A DNA stretch of 64,000 nucleotides from Methanospirillum sp. (lineage in GTDB: Archaea > Halobacteriota > Methanomicrobia > Methanomicrobiales > Methanospirillaceae): NCBI GenBank assembly GCA_012728895.1, contig JAAYEG010000065.1, positions 7,538 through 71,537 on the forward strand, in the 5' to 3' direction. How positions within the stretch are numbered: position 1 is the stretch's first letter; each line of letters begins with the position of its first letter. Both the position numbers and the translations under genes were made by a program. The notes below the pieces were generated by a model. The model worked only from the letters and a program-made list of their open reading frames with translations, searched no databases and was not told the DNA's origin. Shown in pieces: positions 10,076-19,971 of the stretch.

Positions 10076-10486
10076 ATGACCCGCGACCCGGACGCCCCCC
10101 TGCACCTGGCGGTCCACGCCGTGATCCCCGACCGGCGGGGCCGCCTCCTGCTTCTCCGCCGGTCGGAAGGGAGCCCGTACAACCCCGGCCGGTGGGAGTT
10201 CCCCGGCGGGAGGATCGAGCGGGGCGAGGGGGTCCGGGACGCGCTGGTCCGCGAGGTGGGCGAGGAGACCGGGCTCGCTGTCGGGCCGGGCCGGCTCCTC
10301 GGCGCCGGAAACGAGGAGCGGCACGAGGGGCGGGTGGTGCACCTGGTCATGGCCGTCGTCGCCAGCGACGGGGAGGTGGCGCTCTCGGAAGAGCACGACG
10401 CCTTCCGGTGGGTGACCCCGAAGGGGCTTTGCGAGCTCCCGCTCACGGACTGGATGCAGGCGTGGTACGCGGGACAGGCGGGGTGA
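10076..10486 (+). CDS. NUDIX hydrolase
   Basis: Nudix box GGRIERGEGVRDALVREVGEETGL (GX5EX7REUXEEXGU). Confidence 0.9.
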   Translation: MTRDPDAPLHLAVHAVIPDRRGRLLLLRRSEGSPYNPGRWEFPGGRIERGEGVRDALVREVGEETGLAVGPGRLLGAGNEERHEGRVVHLVMAVVASDGEVALSEEHDAFRWVTPKGLCELPLTDWMQAWYAGQAG

Positions 10487-10505
10487 CGGAGGAGGGCCGC
10501 GGCGC

Positions 10506-10952
10506 TCAATTCTCCTCTTCTTTGCCCTCGGCGCGGGGGCGGTTGAAGAGCTGCCAGTACGAGCCGATCTCCCGGACCGTCTCGGCGAACCGGTCGAACT
10601 CGACCGGCTTGACGATGTAGCTGTTCGCCCCGAGGCCGTAACTCATCGCGACGTCACGCTCCTCGGCCGACGACGAGAAGACCACCACCGGTGTCTCCCT
10701 GAGCTCCGGGTCCTCCTTGATCCGGCGGAGCACCTCGAGCCCCCCGACCTTCGGCAGCTTCAGGTCGAGCAGGATGACGCGCGGCCGCATCCCCTCCTCG
10801 AAGAGGGTGTCGAGCGCCTCCTGGCCGTCCCAGACGACCCGGACCCGGTCGTGGATGTTCGACCATTCGAAGACGTGAAGGATCAGCTCCACGTCGTGCG
10901 GGCTGTCTTCAACCAGCAGAATGTCCTTCTCCGCGTGCATCTCCATCTCCAT
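10506..10952 (-). CDS. single-domain response regulator (CheY-like receiver)
   Basis: ILLVEDSPHD, VILLDLKLPKVGG (phospho-acceptor Asp) and SYIVKP. No output domain. The start may be the internal ATG at 10940. Confidence 0.9.
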   Translation of the reverse strand: MEMEMHAEKDILLVEDSPHDVELILHVFEWSNIHDRVRVVWDGQEALDTLFEEGMRPRVILLDLKLPKVGGLEVLRRIKEDPELRETPVVVFSSSAEERDVAMSYGLGANSYIVKPVEFDRFAETVREIGSYWQLFNRPRAEGKEEEN

Positions 10953-13629
10953 TCTCTTCTCCGAGCGTGAAGTAAAAGGTTGTTCCCCGGTCCTCCTCGG
11001 ACTCCACCCAGATCCGCCCCCCGTGCCGCTCGACGATCCGCTTCACGATGGCGAGCCCGACCCCGGTGCCCTCGTACTCGCGCGCGTCGTGGAGCCGGTG
11101 GAAGACCTTGAAGAGGGTCCCGGCGTACTTCTGGTCGAACCCGACCCCGTTGTCCCTGACGAAGAAGATCTGCTCGCCGTCCCTCTCGACGGACCCGATA
11201 TCGATCTCGGCGACCTCGCGGGCCCGCGTGAACTTGAGCGCGTTCCCGATCAGGTTCGAGTAGATCTGCTTGACCAGGGCCGGGTCGCCGCGGCAGGAGG
11301 CCAGGCCGGCGGTCGTGATCCGGACGTCCCGGCCCTGCCGCTCCCCGCCGAGCTCCCCGAGCACCTCGTTCACGAGGTCCGAGAGGTCGACCTCCCGCAG
11401 GTTCATCGACTGCCGGCCCATCCGCGAGAAGTTGAGCAGGTCGTCGATCAGCCGGGCCATCCGCCGCGCGTTCTCGCTGATCTGCTCGAGGTACCGCCGG
11501 GCCGTGTCGGAGAGTTCGGGCCGGTGCTCGTTGAGCAGGATGTAGGTGTAGCCGTCGATCGCCCGCAGGGGGGCACGCAGGTCGTGCGAGACCGTGTAGG
11601 TGAACGACTCGAGTTCCCGGTTCGTGGCGGCGAGATCCTCGGTCCGCTGGCGGACCCGTTCCTCGAGATTCTCGGTGAGCCGGCGGTTCTCGCCCTCGGC
11701 CTCTTTGAGGCGCGTGATGTCGTTGCCGATGCAGAGGATCCCGAGCGGGGTGCCGTCGTCGTCGTGGATCGCCCGGTTGGTCCAGGAGACGAAGACCCGC
11801 GACCCGTCCTTGCGCATGTTCTCGTTCTGGTTGATCGTGTACTCGCTGGGGTCCCGGCAGATCCCGTGCACGATGTCGCCGACCGGGTTCCCCTCCTCAT
11901 CGGTCTCCGGCACGATCGTCCCGATAGCGTCGCGCCCCAGCAGCTCCCCCGGTTCGTACCCGAAGAACTGCTCGGCGTACTCGTTCACGTACCAGATGCC
12001 GCCGTCCGGGCCGAGCCGGAGGATGATCGAGTTCGCGTCCTCGACCAGCTGCCGGTACTTCTCCTCGCTCTCCCTGAGCGCGATCTCGTTGAGTTTCCGG
12101 TCGGTCACGTCCTGGCCGACCGCGTAGTACGCGCGTACGTGCCCGTCGACCGGGTCGCGCACGGGCATGGTCCGGTAGTTGAACCACCGGGTCTCTCCGC
12201 CGCCCGCGAGGACCCGGAACTCGCTCTGGTGCGGCTCGTTCGCCTCGATCCGCCGGAGGTGCTCCTCGAAGAGCCCCCGGTCGTCGGGATGGACGAGCGC
12301 GCTCCATTCCTCCGGCGTGCGGGACGGCCCGGACATCTCCCCGGTGACCGGGCCGGGATTCCCGGACTCCCAGACCCGCCTCCAGCTGCCGTCCGGCTGC
12401 CGCTCCATGCTGTAGGCGTAGTCGGAGACCAGGTCGAGGGTGCGGCGGTAGCGGTCCTCGCTCTCGGAGAGGCTGACCTGGTGCTGCCGGAGCTGCTCGA
12501 TCGTCCCCTTGAGTTGCCCGACCATCGAGGCGATCGAGGTCCCGAGCACCGAGAACTCCCGGGTCTGGCTCGGCGCGACCGGGTGGTCCAGGTCTCCCTG
12601 CGCGATCGCGTCGACGTCCCCGACCAGACCCCGGATCGGGCTGGTCAGCCGGTTCGTGACGAAGTTCGCCGTCAGGAGCCCGAGCAGGAGGGCCAGGAGC
12701 GCCGCCATCCCGTGGTAGAAGACGAGACCGGTGAGCGCCTCCTGGATCGGGCGGGGGTTGAACGTCAGCTCGAGGACCATCGAGAGGTCCGAGGCGTAGT
12801 CCTCGTCGAAGAGGTCCACGTAGCGGTAGACGGTCTTTCTCCCCGTCCCGGGCTCGAGCATGGAGAACGAGGACTTCGAGGCGACCACCCGGTCGATCCG
12901 CTCCAGGAACTCGTCGTCTGGCTTGAAGCTCTTGTTGCCGACCTGCTTCCCGTAGACTGTGAAGACCCGGATATCCTCGACGTAGGGGTTCAGCGCCTTG
13001 ACGTCCTCGATCGTCGCGGTGTACTGGAGCTCCTGCCGCTGCTTGCGGAACCTCTCGCCGATCAGCCCGAGCTCTAAGACGTACCGCCGGTCCGGGGTCG
13101 GCATGTACGCGTACTTGCGGAGGATGGACGAGTCCGCCTCGCGGACCACGCGATCGGGGAAGAAACCGCCCTCGGCCCGGATCATCGCCAGGTAGTCGTC
13201 CAGCCCCCACTCGGCGCCGAAGTCGAGGTCCTGGTCCGGGGGGTAGGTCGTGAACTCGACCATGTTCGACTCGTTGATCACGTAGAGGTCCATCGTGTCG
13301 CCGAAGACCTCGTGCTTGAGCCGCTCGAGGTCCAGAGCCGCCGGATCGCGCCCGACCCGCTCGTACTCCGCGACGAACTGCTCGAGCCCGTCCTGCATCT
13401 GGACGTTCAGGGTGTCGTCGAAGAGCTTGAGCCCCTTGTCGACCAGCTCGATCGCGTTGACCAGGTCGGTCTCGGTCTGGTCCTGGATCAGCGCCTGGTG
13501 GTCCCGGAGGTTCCGCTCCGCGATCGCGTAGTCCACGACCGTGATACCGACCAGGACCAGGACGATCAGGGCGACGATCGAGACGAGCAGTATCTGCGAG
13601 AAGGGACGGGGACGCAGGGAGAGCGGCAT
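10909..13629 (-). CDS. membrane sensor histidine kinase (extracytoplasmic sensor, HAMP, 2 PAS, HisKA, HATPase_c)
   Basis: Two TM helices flank a ~270-aa domain. H-box is FTYTVSHDLRAPL. N/G boxes are NLIGNALKF, DNGVGF and GTGVGLAIVKR. The 3' end overlaps the response regulator start. Confidence 0.9.
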   Translation of the reverse strand: MPLSLRPRPFSQILLVSIVALIVLVLVGITVVDYAIAERNLRDHQALIQDQTETDLVNAIELVDKGLKLFDDTLNVQMQDGLEQFVAEYERVGRDPAALDLERLKHEVFGDTMDLYVINESNMVEFTTYPPDQDLDFGAEWGLDDYLAMIRAEGGFFPDRVVREADSSILRKYAYMPTPDRRYVLELGLIGERFRKQRQELQYTATIEDVKALNPYVEDIRVFTVYGKQVGNKSFKPDDEFLERIDRVVASKSSFSMLEPGTGRKTVYRYVDLFDEDYASDLSMVLELTFNPRPIQEALTGLVFYHGMAALLALLLGLLTANFVTNRLTSPIRGLVGDVDAIAQGDLDHPVAPSQTREFSVLGTSIASMVGQLKGTIEQLRQHQVSLSESEDRYRRTLDLVSDYAYSMERQPDGSWRRVWESGNPGPVTGEMSGPSRTPEEWSALVHPDDRGLFEEHLRRIEANEPHQSEFRVLAGGGETRWFNYRTMPVRDPVDGHVRAYYAVGQDVTDRKLNEIALRESEEKYRQLVEDANSIILRLGPDGGIWYVNEYAEQFFGYEPGELLGRDAIGTIVPETDEEGNPVGDIVHGICRDPSEYTINQNENMRKDGSRVFVSWTNRAIHDDDGTPLGILCIGNDITRLKEAEGENRRLTENLEERVRQRTEDLAATNRELESFTYTVSHDLRAPLRAIDGYTYILLNEHRPELSDTARRYLEQISENARRMARLIDDLLNFSRMGRQSMNLREVDLSDLVNEVLGELGGERQGRDVRITTAGLASCRGDPALVKQIYSNLIGNALKFTRAREVAEIDIGSVERDGEQIFFVRDNGVGFDQKYAGTLFKVFHRLHDAREYEGTGVGLAIVKRIVERHGGRIWVESEEDRGTTFYFTLGEENGDGDARGEGHSAG

Positions 13630-13728
13630 GTCACCCCCAGTTCGGCTGGGAACGCATGCAACTCTATCCGGTGGGCCAAAAAAACTTCCGATCGGCCCCG
13701 GCGAGGCGCTGGAGCGGATCCGCGTCAG

Positions 13729-13736
13729 TTATTTAT
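13729..13736 (+). promoter_or_regulatory. TATA box for leaderless HTH-PAS gene
   Basis: TTATTTAT lies 24 nt upstream of ATG 13760. Confidence 0.5.
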
Positions 13737-13759
13737 GCCTGGCCGCGATGCTATCTCTT

Positions 13760-15562
13760 ATGGGTCTCGAAGAGGATCGCGCGATCGCCCGCAAGATCAG
13801 GACGCTCCTCAAGGCGCACCCGAAGGGGCTGATCATCACCGAGATCGCCCAGCGGCTCGGGATCAACCGGAACTCGGCCGCGAAGTACCTCGAGATCCTG
13901 CTCTTCACGGGGCAGGTCGAGATCCGGCAGGTCGGGATGGCCAAGGTCTACACCCCGTCCGCGCGGGTCTCGCTCTCGGGCCTGCTCCGGTTCGCGCGCG
14001 AGCAGATCGTGGTCGTGGACGACGAGGGGCGGATCATCCAGGCGAACGACAGGCTGCTCGACGTCTGGCAGATCCCGCGCGAATCGCTGATCGGGGAGCG
14101 GTTCGACCGGGTCGAGGTGGCGCCGCTCCGCGGGCTCACGCTCCCGTCGCTGCCCGGCGGCGGAGAGGCCGAGCGGCGGGACATCACCTTCGAGCACGGG
14201 GGGAGAACGGTCCACTGCCGGGTCTCGATGATCCCGACCGTCTTCGAGGACGGAGGGAGCGGCTGCACGGTGCTGATCGAGGACACGACGGCCGAACGGG
14301 AGTACGAACGGCAGCTCGCGGAGAGCGAGGCCCGGTACCGCGCCGTGGTCGAGGACCAGACCGAGATGATCGCGCGGTTCACCCCCGACAACAGGGTCAC
14401 GTTCGCGAACGAGGCCTGCCGCCGGTTTTTCGGGCTCGACGGAGACGACCCGCTCGGTCGCCCCATCCCCGGTTCCCTCTTCGATCCCGGCGACCTGGCC
14501 AGGGTCCAGGAGACCATCGCCCGCCTCTCCCCGGATGCGCCGATCGCGCACCACACCTACCCCGTCACCCTGCCGGGCGGGGAGCGGCGGTGGCTCGACT
14601 GGACGACCCGGGGGCTCTTCGACGCCGACGGGAGACTCGCCGAGGTCCAGGCGGTCGGGCGTGACGTGACCGGGGAGCACGAGCGGCAGCGGCAGCTTCA
14701 GGTCATGGCCGCGGCGATAGCGGGCTCGATCGACGGGATCGCGATCGTCGACATCGACCAGCGGTTCGAGTACGTGAACCGCGCCTTCGCGGCGATGTTC
14801 GGGTACGACGCCCCGGCAGACCTGGTCGGGAGCGGGTTCCGGGACCTGGTCCGCCGCGGGCTCTCCGAAGATACGACGGTCGACGAGATCTGGACCGGGC
14901 TCCTCCGCGACCGGCAGTGGTTTGGCGAGGTGCGCTGGCGGCGGCGCGACGACCGCCCTTTCACTGCCCAGGTCTCGGCCTCCGTGGCCGCCGACGGCTC
15001 GGGGCAGCACCTCGCCGCCCTCTTCTCGGTCATCGATATCACCGAGCGGCGGCAGACCGAGGAGGCGCTCAGGATGAGCCGCGAGAAGCTCCAGGAAGCG
15101 GTCGAGTTCATGCCCGACGCGACCTTCGTCGTGAACCGCGAGCGCCGGGTGGTCGCGTGGAACCGGGCGATGGAAGCCCTGAGCGGGGTGAGCCGCGAGG
15201 AGGTGATGGGGACGCACGACTACGGGCGCGGGTTCACCCGGTTCGGCGGGGTGTTCCCGGTCCTGGTCGACCTCCTGGGCCTCTCGTCCCAGGAGCTCGC
15301 CCGTACCTACCCCGGGGTGCGCCGTTTCGGCGACACCCTCTACTACGAGACCGCCGTCCCGTCGCTCAGGGGCGGGCGGGGCGGCTACCTCTGGGGGAAG
15401 GCGTCCCCCCTCGCGGAGCGGGGCGGGAGCGATATCGGGGCGATCCAGACCCTCCGCGACATCACCGACTGGAAGCGGGCCGAGGAGGCCTACCGGACGG
15501 CCGCCGAGCACAAGCGGGCGGCGGAGACCCCGGATGAAGAGCACGGGAGCCCGGCGTCCTGA
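13760..15562 (+). CDS. winged-helix HTH plus multi-PAS domain protein (no kinase or other output domain)
   Basis: MGLEEDRAIARKIRTLLKAHPKGLIITEIAQRLGINRNSAAKYLEILLFTGQVEIRQVGMAKVY, then several PAS-like segments. Paralog of 32774..34117. Alternative ATG at 13748; the ORF-track start at 13541 is unlikely. Confidence 0.8.
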   Translation: MGLEEDRAIARKIRTLLKAHPKGLIITEIAQRLGINRNSAAKYLEILLFTGQVEIRQVGMAKVYTPSARVSLSGLLRFAREQIVVVDDEGRIIQANDRLLDVWQIPRESLIGERFDRVEVAPLRGLTLPSLPGGGEAERRDITFEHGGRTVHCRVSMIPTVFEDGGSGCTVLIEDTTAEREYERQLAESEARYRAVVEDQTEMIARFTPDNRVTFANEACRRFFGLDGDDPLGRPIPGSLFDPGDLARVQETIARLSPDAPIAHHTYPVTLPGGERRWLDWTTRGLFDADGRLAEVQAVGRDVTGEHERQRQLQVMAAAIAGSIDGIAIVDIDQRFEYVNRAFAAMFGYDAPADLVGSGFRDLVRRGLSEDTTVDEIWTGLLRDRQWFGEVRWRRRDDRPFTAQVSASVAADGSGQHLAALFSVIDITERRQTEEALRMSREKLQEAVEFMPDATFVVNRERRVVAWNRAMEALSGVSREEVMGTHDYGRGFTRFGGVFPVLVDLLGLSSQELARTYPGVRRFGDTLYYETAVPSLRGGRGGYLWGKASPLAERGGSDIGAIQTLRDITDWKRAEEAYRTAAEHKRAAETPDEEHGSPAS

Positions 15563-15652
15563 CGCCCCCCCCCGGCCCGCCGCACGTTCAAATATCATGA
15601 TCGCCCTATCGTTGTAAACGCGTTCACCTGCGACCATCGAGGTGCCAGACCA

Positions 15653-16114
15653 GTGTTCAACCGGATTGTAGCGGCCGTCGACGCATCCGAGACCGCCGAG
15701 GAGGTCCTCGAGGTGGCGATCGCGATCTCCAAGAAGTTCGACGGGGAGGTCCACGTCGTCCACGCCGTCCACGGGGGGGTCCTCGCGGGCTTCCTCCGGG
15801 ACGAGGACGAGGACGAGGGGGGCGTCATGGGCCCCGACGGACCGATCGAGGAAGAGGACGAGGACGACCCGGAGTCGGTGGCCCGGCGGATGCGCCAGCA
15901 CGCGGAGATGCACGGGTCCGGGATCACGCTCCACCTCCCCGAGGGCTCGCCGGGCGAGGAGATCGTCCGGGTGGCCTCGGAGGTGCACGCGGACCTGGTG
16001 GTGCTCGGGGTCCGCGGCAAGAGCCTGGTCCGCCGCCTGCTCGTCGGCTCGGTCTCGGGCTACGTGATCGAGAACAGCCCTGTCTCGACCCTGGTCGTCA
16101 AGCCCGGGCCATGA
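15653..16114 (+). CDS. universal stress protein (UspA family)
   Basis: GTG start after GAGGTG. Contains RIVAAVDASETAEEVLEVA and VVLGVRGKSLVRRLLVGSVSGYVIENSPVSTLVV. Confidence 0.85.
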   Translation: MFNRIVAAVDASETAEEVLEVAIAISKKFDGEVHVVHAVHGGVLAGFLRDEDEDEGGVMGPDGPIEEEDEDDPESVARRMRQHAEMHGSGITLHLPEGSPGEEIVRVASEVHADLVVLGVRGKSLVRRLLVGSVSGYVIENSPVSTLVVKPGP

Positions 16115-16904
16115 GCCGGTCGCGCGAGAAGACCGCGGCCCCGAATCGGACCAGGAGGACGTCCACCCCGTAGATGGCCAGCCCGATGAGGAAGAGGACG
16201 GGGAGCGAGAGCATCAGCAGCCCCGAGCCCTGCCCCACCATCAGGGCCACGATCACGAGCGAGAGCAGGCCGCTCACCTGGTTCGCCTCCAGGACAGTCT
16301 CGACCCGGGTCGAGACCAGGACCGAGGCCGAGACCCCGAGGAGCGCGACGGCCGGCCCGACCCAGGCCGCGAGCGCGAGCGCCGGGACGGTCGGGAACCA
16401 GGCGCCGCCGACGATCGGGGCCGAGACCAGGTTCACCATCACCGCGTAGAGCGCGAAGTTCAGGAAGGCCGCGGCGACGGCCGGCACGAACCCCGCGAGC
16501 ACCTTGCCCGCGTAGAGTTCCAGGTCGGTCGCGGGCAAGAAGAGGAGCCCCTCGAGCGTGCCCCGCTCCTTCTCGCCCACGAACGACTCGGCCCCGACGA
16601 TCGAGGATACCATCAGGGGGATGATCAGGAAGAGTGGCGCGAGGAAGTAGCCGAGCATCAGCACGACCATGCGGGAGCCGATCGGGAGGTCCTGCTGGCC
16701 CGGCGGCAGCAGTCTCGTGAGCTGCTCGAACGGGCCGAGATCCCCGCCCGACGGCCCGGCCGCGAACGGGAGGAGTCCGATCAGGAGCGGCATCCCGACC
16801 GAGAAGAAGACCGAGAGACCCAGGATCGACCAGGTCGCCATCCGGTTCTTCCTGACCTCGAGCAGATCCTTCGCCGCCACCGCCCGGACCGCGCGCCAGT
16901 TCAC
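16098..16904 (-). CDS. ABC-2 type transporter permease
   Basis: GTG start overlaps the ATPase stop (GTGA). VNWRAVRAVAAKDLLEVRKNRMATW, then about 6 hydrophobic helices. The 639-aa track ORF is a read-through artefact upstream of this start. Confidence 0.8.
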   Translation of the reverse strand: MNWRAVRAVAAKDLLEVRKNRMATWSILGLSVFFSVGMPLLIGLLPFAAGPSGGDLGPFEQLTRLLPPGQQDLPIGSRMVVLMLGYFLAPLFLIIPLMVSSIVGAESFVGEKERGTLEGLLFLPATDLELYAGKVLAGFVPAVAAAFLNFALYAVMVNLVSAPIVGGAWFPTVPALALAAWVGPAVALLGVSASVLVSTRVETVLEANQVSGLLSLVIVALMVGQGSGLLMLSLPVLFLIGLAIYGVDVLLVRFGAAVFSRDRLMARA

Positions 16905-17833
16905 GCCGCCGCCTCCTGGAGCGCGAAGTAGACGTCCTCGAGCGTGTGCTCCCGCCGGCCGGCGGCGACCACCCGCCCGCCGGCCCCGACGGCGGCCCCG
17001 ACCGCCGCCGCGAGCGCTTCGTCGTCGGGGGCCGCGAGGAGGAGGTGACGCTCCCCGCGCTCCTCCACCGTCACGCCGGGAACGGCCCCGACCTCGCCGG
17101 CCACCGCGTCGGAGACCGGGTCCAGGAACGAGAGGGCGACCGGGGAGTCGGCGAGCAGCCGCTCCGAGAGCTCGCGGACGGTGCCGAGCGCGACGAGCCG
17201 GCCTTTCGCGAGCACGCCGACCCGGTCGCAGAGCGCCTCGGCCTCGACCAGGCGGTGGGTGCAGAGCACGACCGTCCTGCCCTCCTCCCGGAGGCCGCCG
17301 ACCATCTCGTGGACCTGCCGCGAGGCGGCCGGGTCGAGCCCGGCGGTCGGCTCGTCGAGAAAGAGGAGCTCGGGGTCGTGGACGAGGGCGCGGGCCAGGG
17401 CGAGCCGCTGCTTCATCCCCTTGGAGAACCCCCCGACCGGCTCGTCGGCGCGGTCCGCGAGCGAGAACCGGGCGAGGAGGTCGTTCACGCGGCAGGCGAC
17501 CTCGGGGAGGGGCACGCCGAAGACCTCGGCGGCGAACCCCAGGTTCTGCCGGGCCGTGAGCCGCCCGTAGACCGCCGGGGTCTCGGTCAGGACCCCGCAC
17601 CGGCGCCGGACCCCGGGGCCGTCGGTCCACGGGTCGAGCCCGAGGACCCGGGCCGAGCCGGCGCCGGGGAGGAGGACGCCCGCGAGGAGCCGGATCAGGG
17701 TGGTCTTGCCCGCGCCGTTCGGTCCCAGGAGGCCGAAGACCTCGCCGGCCGGGACCTCGAACGAGACCCCGTCCACGGCCCGCACCGTGCCGAAGGAGCG
17801 GGAGAGGCCGTCGGCCGCGATCGCCGTCGCCAT
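16901..17833 (-). CDS. ABC transporter ATP-binding protein
   Basis: MATAIAADGLSRSFG start. Walker A GPNGAGKTT, signature FSKGMKQRL, Walker B LLFLDEPTAGLD. Confidence 0.9.
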   Translation of the reverse strand: MATAIAADGLSRSFGTVRAVDGVSFEVPAGEVFGLLGPNGAGKTTLIRLLAGVLLPGAGSARVLGLDPWTDGPGVRRRCGVLTETPAVYGRLTARQNLGFAAEVFGVPLPEVACRVNDLLARFSLADRADEPVGGFSKGMKQRLALARALVHDPELLFLDEPTAGLDPAASRQVHEMVGGLREEGRTVVLCTHRLVEAEALCDRVGVLAKGRLVALGTVRELSERLLADSPVALSFLDPVSDAVAGEVGAVPGVTVEERGERHLLLAAPDDEALAAAVGAAVGAGGRVVAAGRREHTLEDVYFALQEAAA

Positions 17834-18118
17834 GCCGGATGGTGGGCGCGCGGGAGGGAAAAATGCGATGACTGGTGGGGGGTGGTGCCGGGACAGAACC
17901 TGCCGGCGCCCCGCACCCTCGGGGACCCGGCGAGACCGGGTGGCTGCCGATGCCGGCATTCGGTGGACCGGGGGACCGTGTCGCTGCGCATCGCCGGGGC
18001 GAGAGGCTCGCCGTCACCGCCGCACGCCATCGCCGGTCCCGGGCGGCCCCGCGGGTCTCGCCGGTATGCCCGGGCCGGGGAGCCCTCCACGGTCCTGCCG
18101 CGTCCTGGCCCGCGGCTG

Positions 18119-18568
18119 ATGGCGTTCCTCGACGATGCCTCCCGGTTCACCACCCGCAGGGGACTCTGCCCGTCGTCGACGACCGAGGCGGCCATCACGA
18201 CCCTCGAGACCGGGTTCGCGCGATACGGTGTCCCGAACGAGATCCTGACGGATCACGGCTCCCGGTTCGTCCCGGACCAGCAGGCCGAGACCACGCATCA
18301 TGCCTTCGGACGGTTCCTGGAACACCATGCCATTCGGCAGACCGTCGCCAGACGGAACCATCCGCAGACGAACGGGAGGATCGAACGCTTTTTCAGGGAG
18401 ATCGACCGGTTGATCGCGGCAGGCTTTTCCATGGACGATGTCGTCGACCGGCAGAACAGAATCAAACCACATGCCGGTCTGGACTATAAGGTGCCCGAAA
18501 CGGTCTTCCTTGAACGATTGCCACCGGAACGGATCTTCGGGTACGCACAGGGGTGGTTGTGTGAGTGA
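18119..18568 (+). mobile_element. truncated DDE transposase/integrase (rve core) remnant
   Basis: FLDDASRF...ILTDHGSRF...NHPQTNGRIERFF (second Asp and Glu of DDE). It lacks the HTH N-terminus and the first catalytic Asp region. No inverted repeats were identified. Confidence 0.75.
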
Positions 18569-18641
18569 AATGAATTCGAGACTCTACACGACCTGTTCAG
18601 ACCCGGAAGGTTTTTAGCCCGTGTGACAGAGAACCGGGGCC

Positions 18642-19961
18642 ATGGACCACACGAACACGCGGGTCGTTTTCCTGCTCTTTATCGCGGCGGTGCTCCTGCT
18701 GCTGGCACCCGCCGTCGGGGGTTCCCCGCCCCTCGCCTGGCAGAACGAGACCGTGGATTCCACGTGGTACGCCGGGAAGTACACGTCCCTGGCGCTGGAC
18801 GGCGACGGCAGACCCCGGATCAGCTACTGGGACGAGACGAACGGGGACCTGAAATTCGCGTGGCTCAACAGCGCCGGATGGCACACCGAGACGGTGGATT
18901 CGGAAGGATACGTCGGACTGTGGACATCCCTGGCGCTGGACGAGGTCGATGCCCCCCGCATCAGCTATTACGATGGTATGAATCACGACCTGAAGTACGC
19001 GTGGCGCGACAGCACGGACTGGTACACCGAGACCGTGGATGCGGCAGGAAATGTCGGCGAATACACCTCCATGGCGCTCGACGGTCACAACAAACCCCAC
19101 ATCGGTTACCGCGATGAGTGGAACGGGGATCTCAGGTACGCATGGCACAACGGCTCCGGCTGGGAGATCGAGACGGTGGATGGGGGATCCGCCGGACTCT
19201 ATTCATCCCTGGCTCTGGACAGCGCCGGCAACCCTCACTTCAGCTACCTGGGCGGTTACGGAGATTACGACCTGAAGTACGCGTGGCGCGACGGCACGGG
19301 CTGGCAGATCGAGACGGTCGAATCCGAGGGGGACTTCCGGGAGACCTCGCTTGCTCTGGACGTTTGCGGTTCACCCCGGATCAGTTACTGTTTCAACAAA
19401 CCCGGCGATTATCTGAACCACGACCTGAAGTACGCGTGGCGCGACGGCACGGGCTGGCACACGGAGACGGCGGATCCGGCGGGCAATGCAGGGATGTGGT
19501 CATCCCTCGCGCTTGACCGCGCCGGCGACCCCTGGATCAGCTACCTCGACCTGACACACCAGGAACTGAAACTCGCATGGCACAACAGCACCGGCTGGTA
19601 TAACCAGACGGTGGATTCGGAGTGTTTCGTCGGGGAGTGGACGTCCCTTTCGCTGGACAGTAACGACAGGCCCCGCATCAGTTATTGCAACGTGACCGGA
19701 TACAACCTGAAATACGCGTGGGCCGACAGAGCCCCGGCGGTGACGGCAATCCCCGGCGGCGCGGGCGTCCCCACCGACACCGACGGCGACGGGCTCTACG
19801 ACGACGTGAACGGTAATGACCGCGCCGACTTCGCGGACGTGGTGCTGTACTTCGTCGGGTTGACCTGGATCGCGGAGAACCAGCCGCTCGCCGGGTTCGA
19901 CTTCAACAACAACGGGCGGGTCGACTTCGCGGACGTCGTCTGGCTCTTCAACGACCTCTGA
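18642..19961 (+). CDS. secreted protein with seven ~45-aa repeats (predicted beta-propeller) and a C-terminal dockerin-like module
   Basis: Signal peptide VVFLLFIAAVLLLLAPAVGG. Seven units fit W-x-x-ETVDS-x-G-x-VG-x-YTSLALD-x-x-G-x-PRISYYD...DLKYAW. The tail is DTDGDGLYDDVNGNDRADFADVV...DFNNNGRVDFADVVWLF. Confidence 0.85.
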   Translation: MDHTNTRVVFLLFIAAVLLLLAPAVGGSPPLAWQNETVDSTWYAGKYTSLALDGDGRPRISYWDETNGDLKFAWLNSAGWHTETVDSEGYVGLWTSLALDEVDAPRISYYDGMNHDLKYAWRDSTDWYTETVDAAGNVGEYTSMALDGHNKPHIGYRDEWNGDLRYAWHNGSGWEIETVDGGSAGLYSSLALDSAGNPHFSYLGGYGDYDLKYAWRDGTGWQIETVESEGDFRETSLALDVCGSPRISYCFNKPGDYLNHDLKYAWRDGTGWHTETADPAGNAGMWSSLALDRAGDPWISYLDLTHQELKLAWHNSTGWYNQTVDSECFVGEWTSLSLDSNDRPRISYCNVTGYNLKYAWADRAPAVTAIPGGAGVPTDTDGDGLYDDVNGNDRADFADVVLYFVGLTWIAENQPLAGFDFNNNGRVDFADVVWLFNDL

Positions 19962-19966
19962 CCTTC

Positions 19967-19971
19967 TTTTT
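19967..19971 (+). terminator. T-rich tract after repeat-protein stop
   Basis: TGA at 19959..19961 is followed by ccttcTTTTTcc. Confidence 0.35.

Noticed and set aside
13541-13759. Upstream extension of the HTH-PAS gene.
   Set aside because: The extension overlaps the histidine kinase start region and has no protein-like character. A TATA box at 13729 is positioned for a leaderless start at 13760.
16098-18017. 639-aa ORF suggesting one large protein across the ABC-2 permease and upstream DNA.
   Set aside because: Only the last 268 codons (from GTG 16904) are hydrophobic and permease-like. The upstream part is Arg/Gly/Pro noise overlapping the ATPase gene, which is read in another frame.
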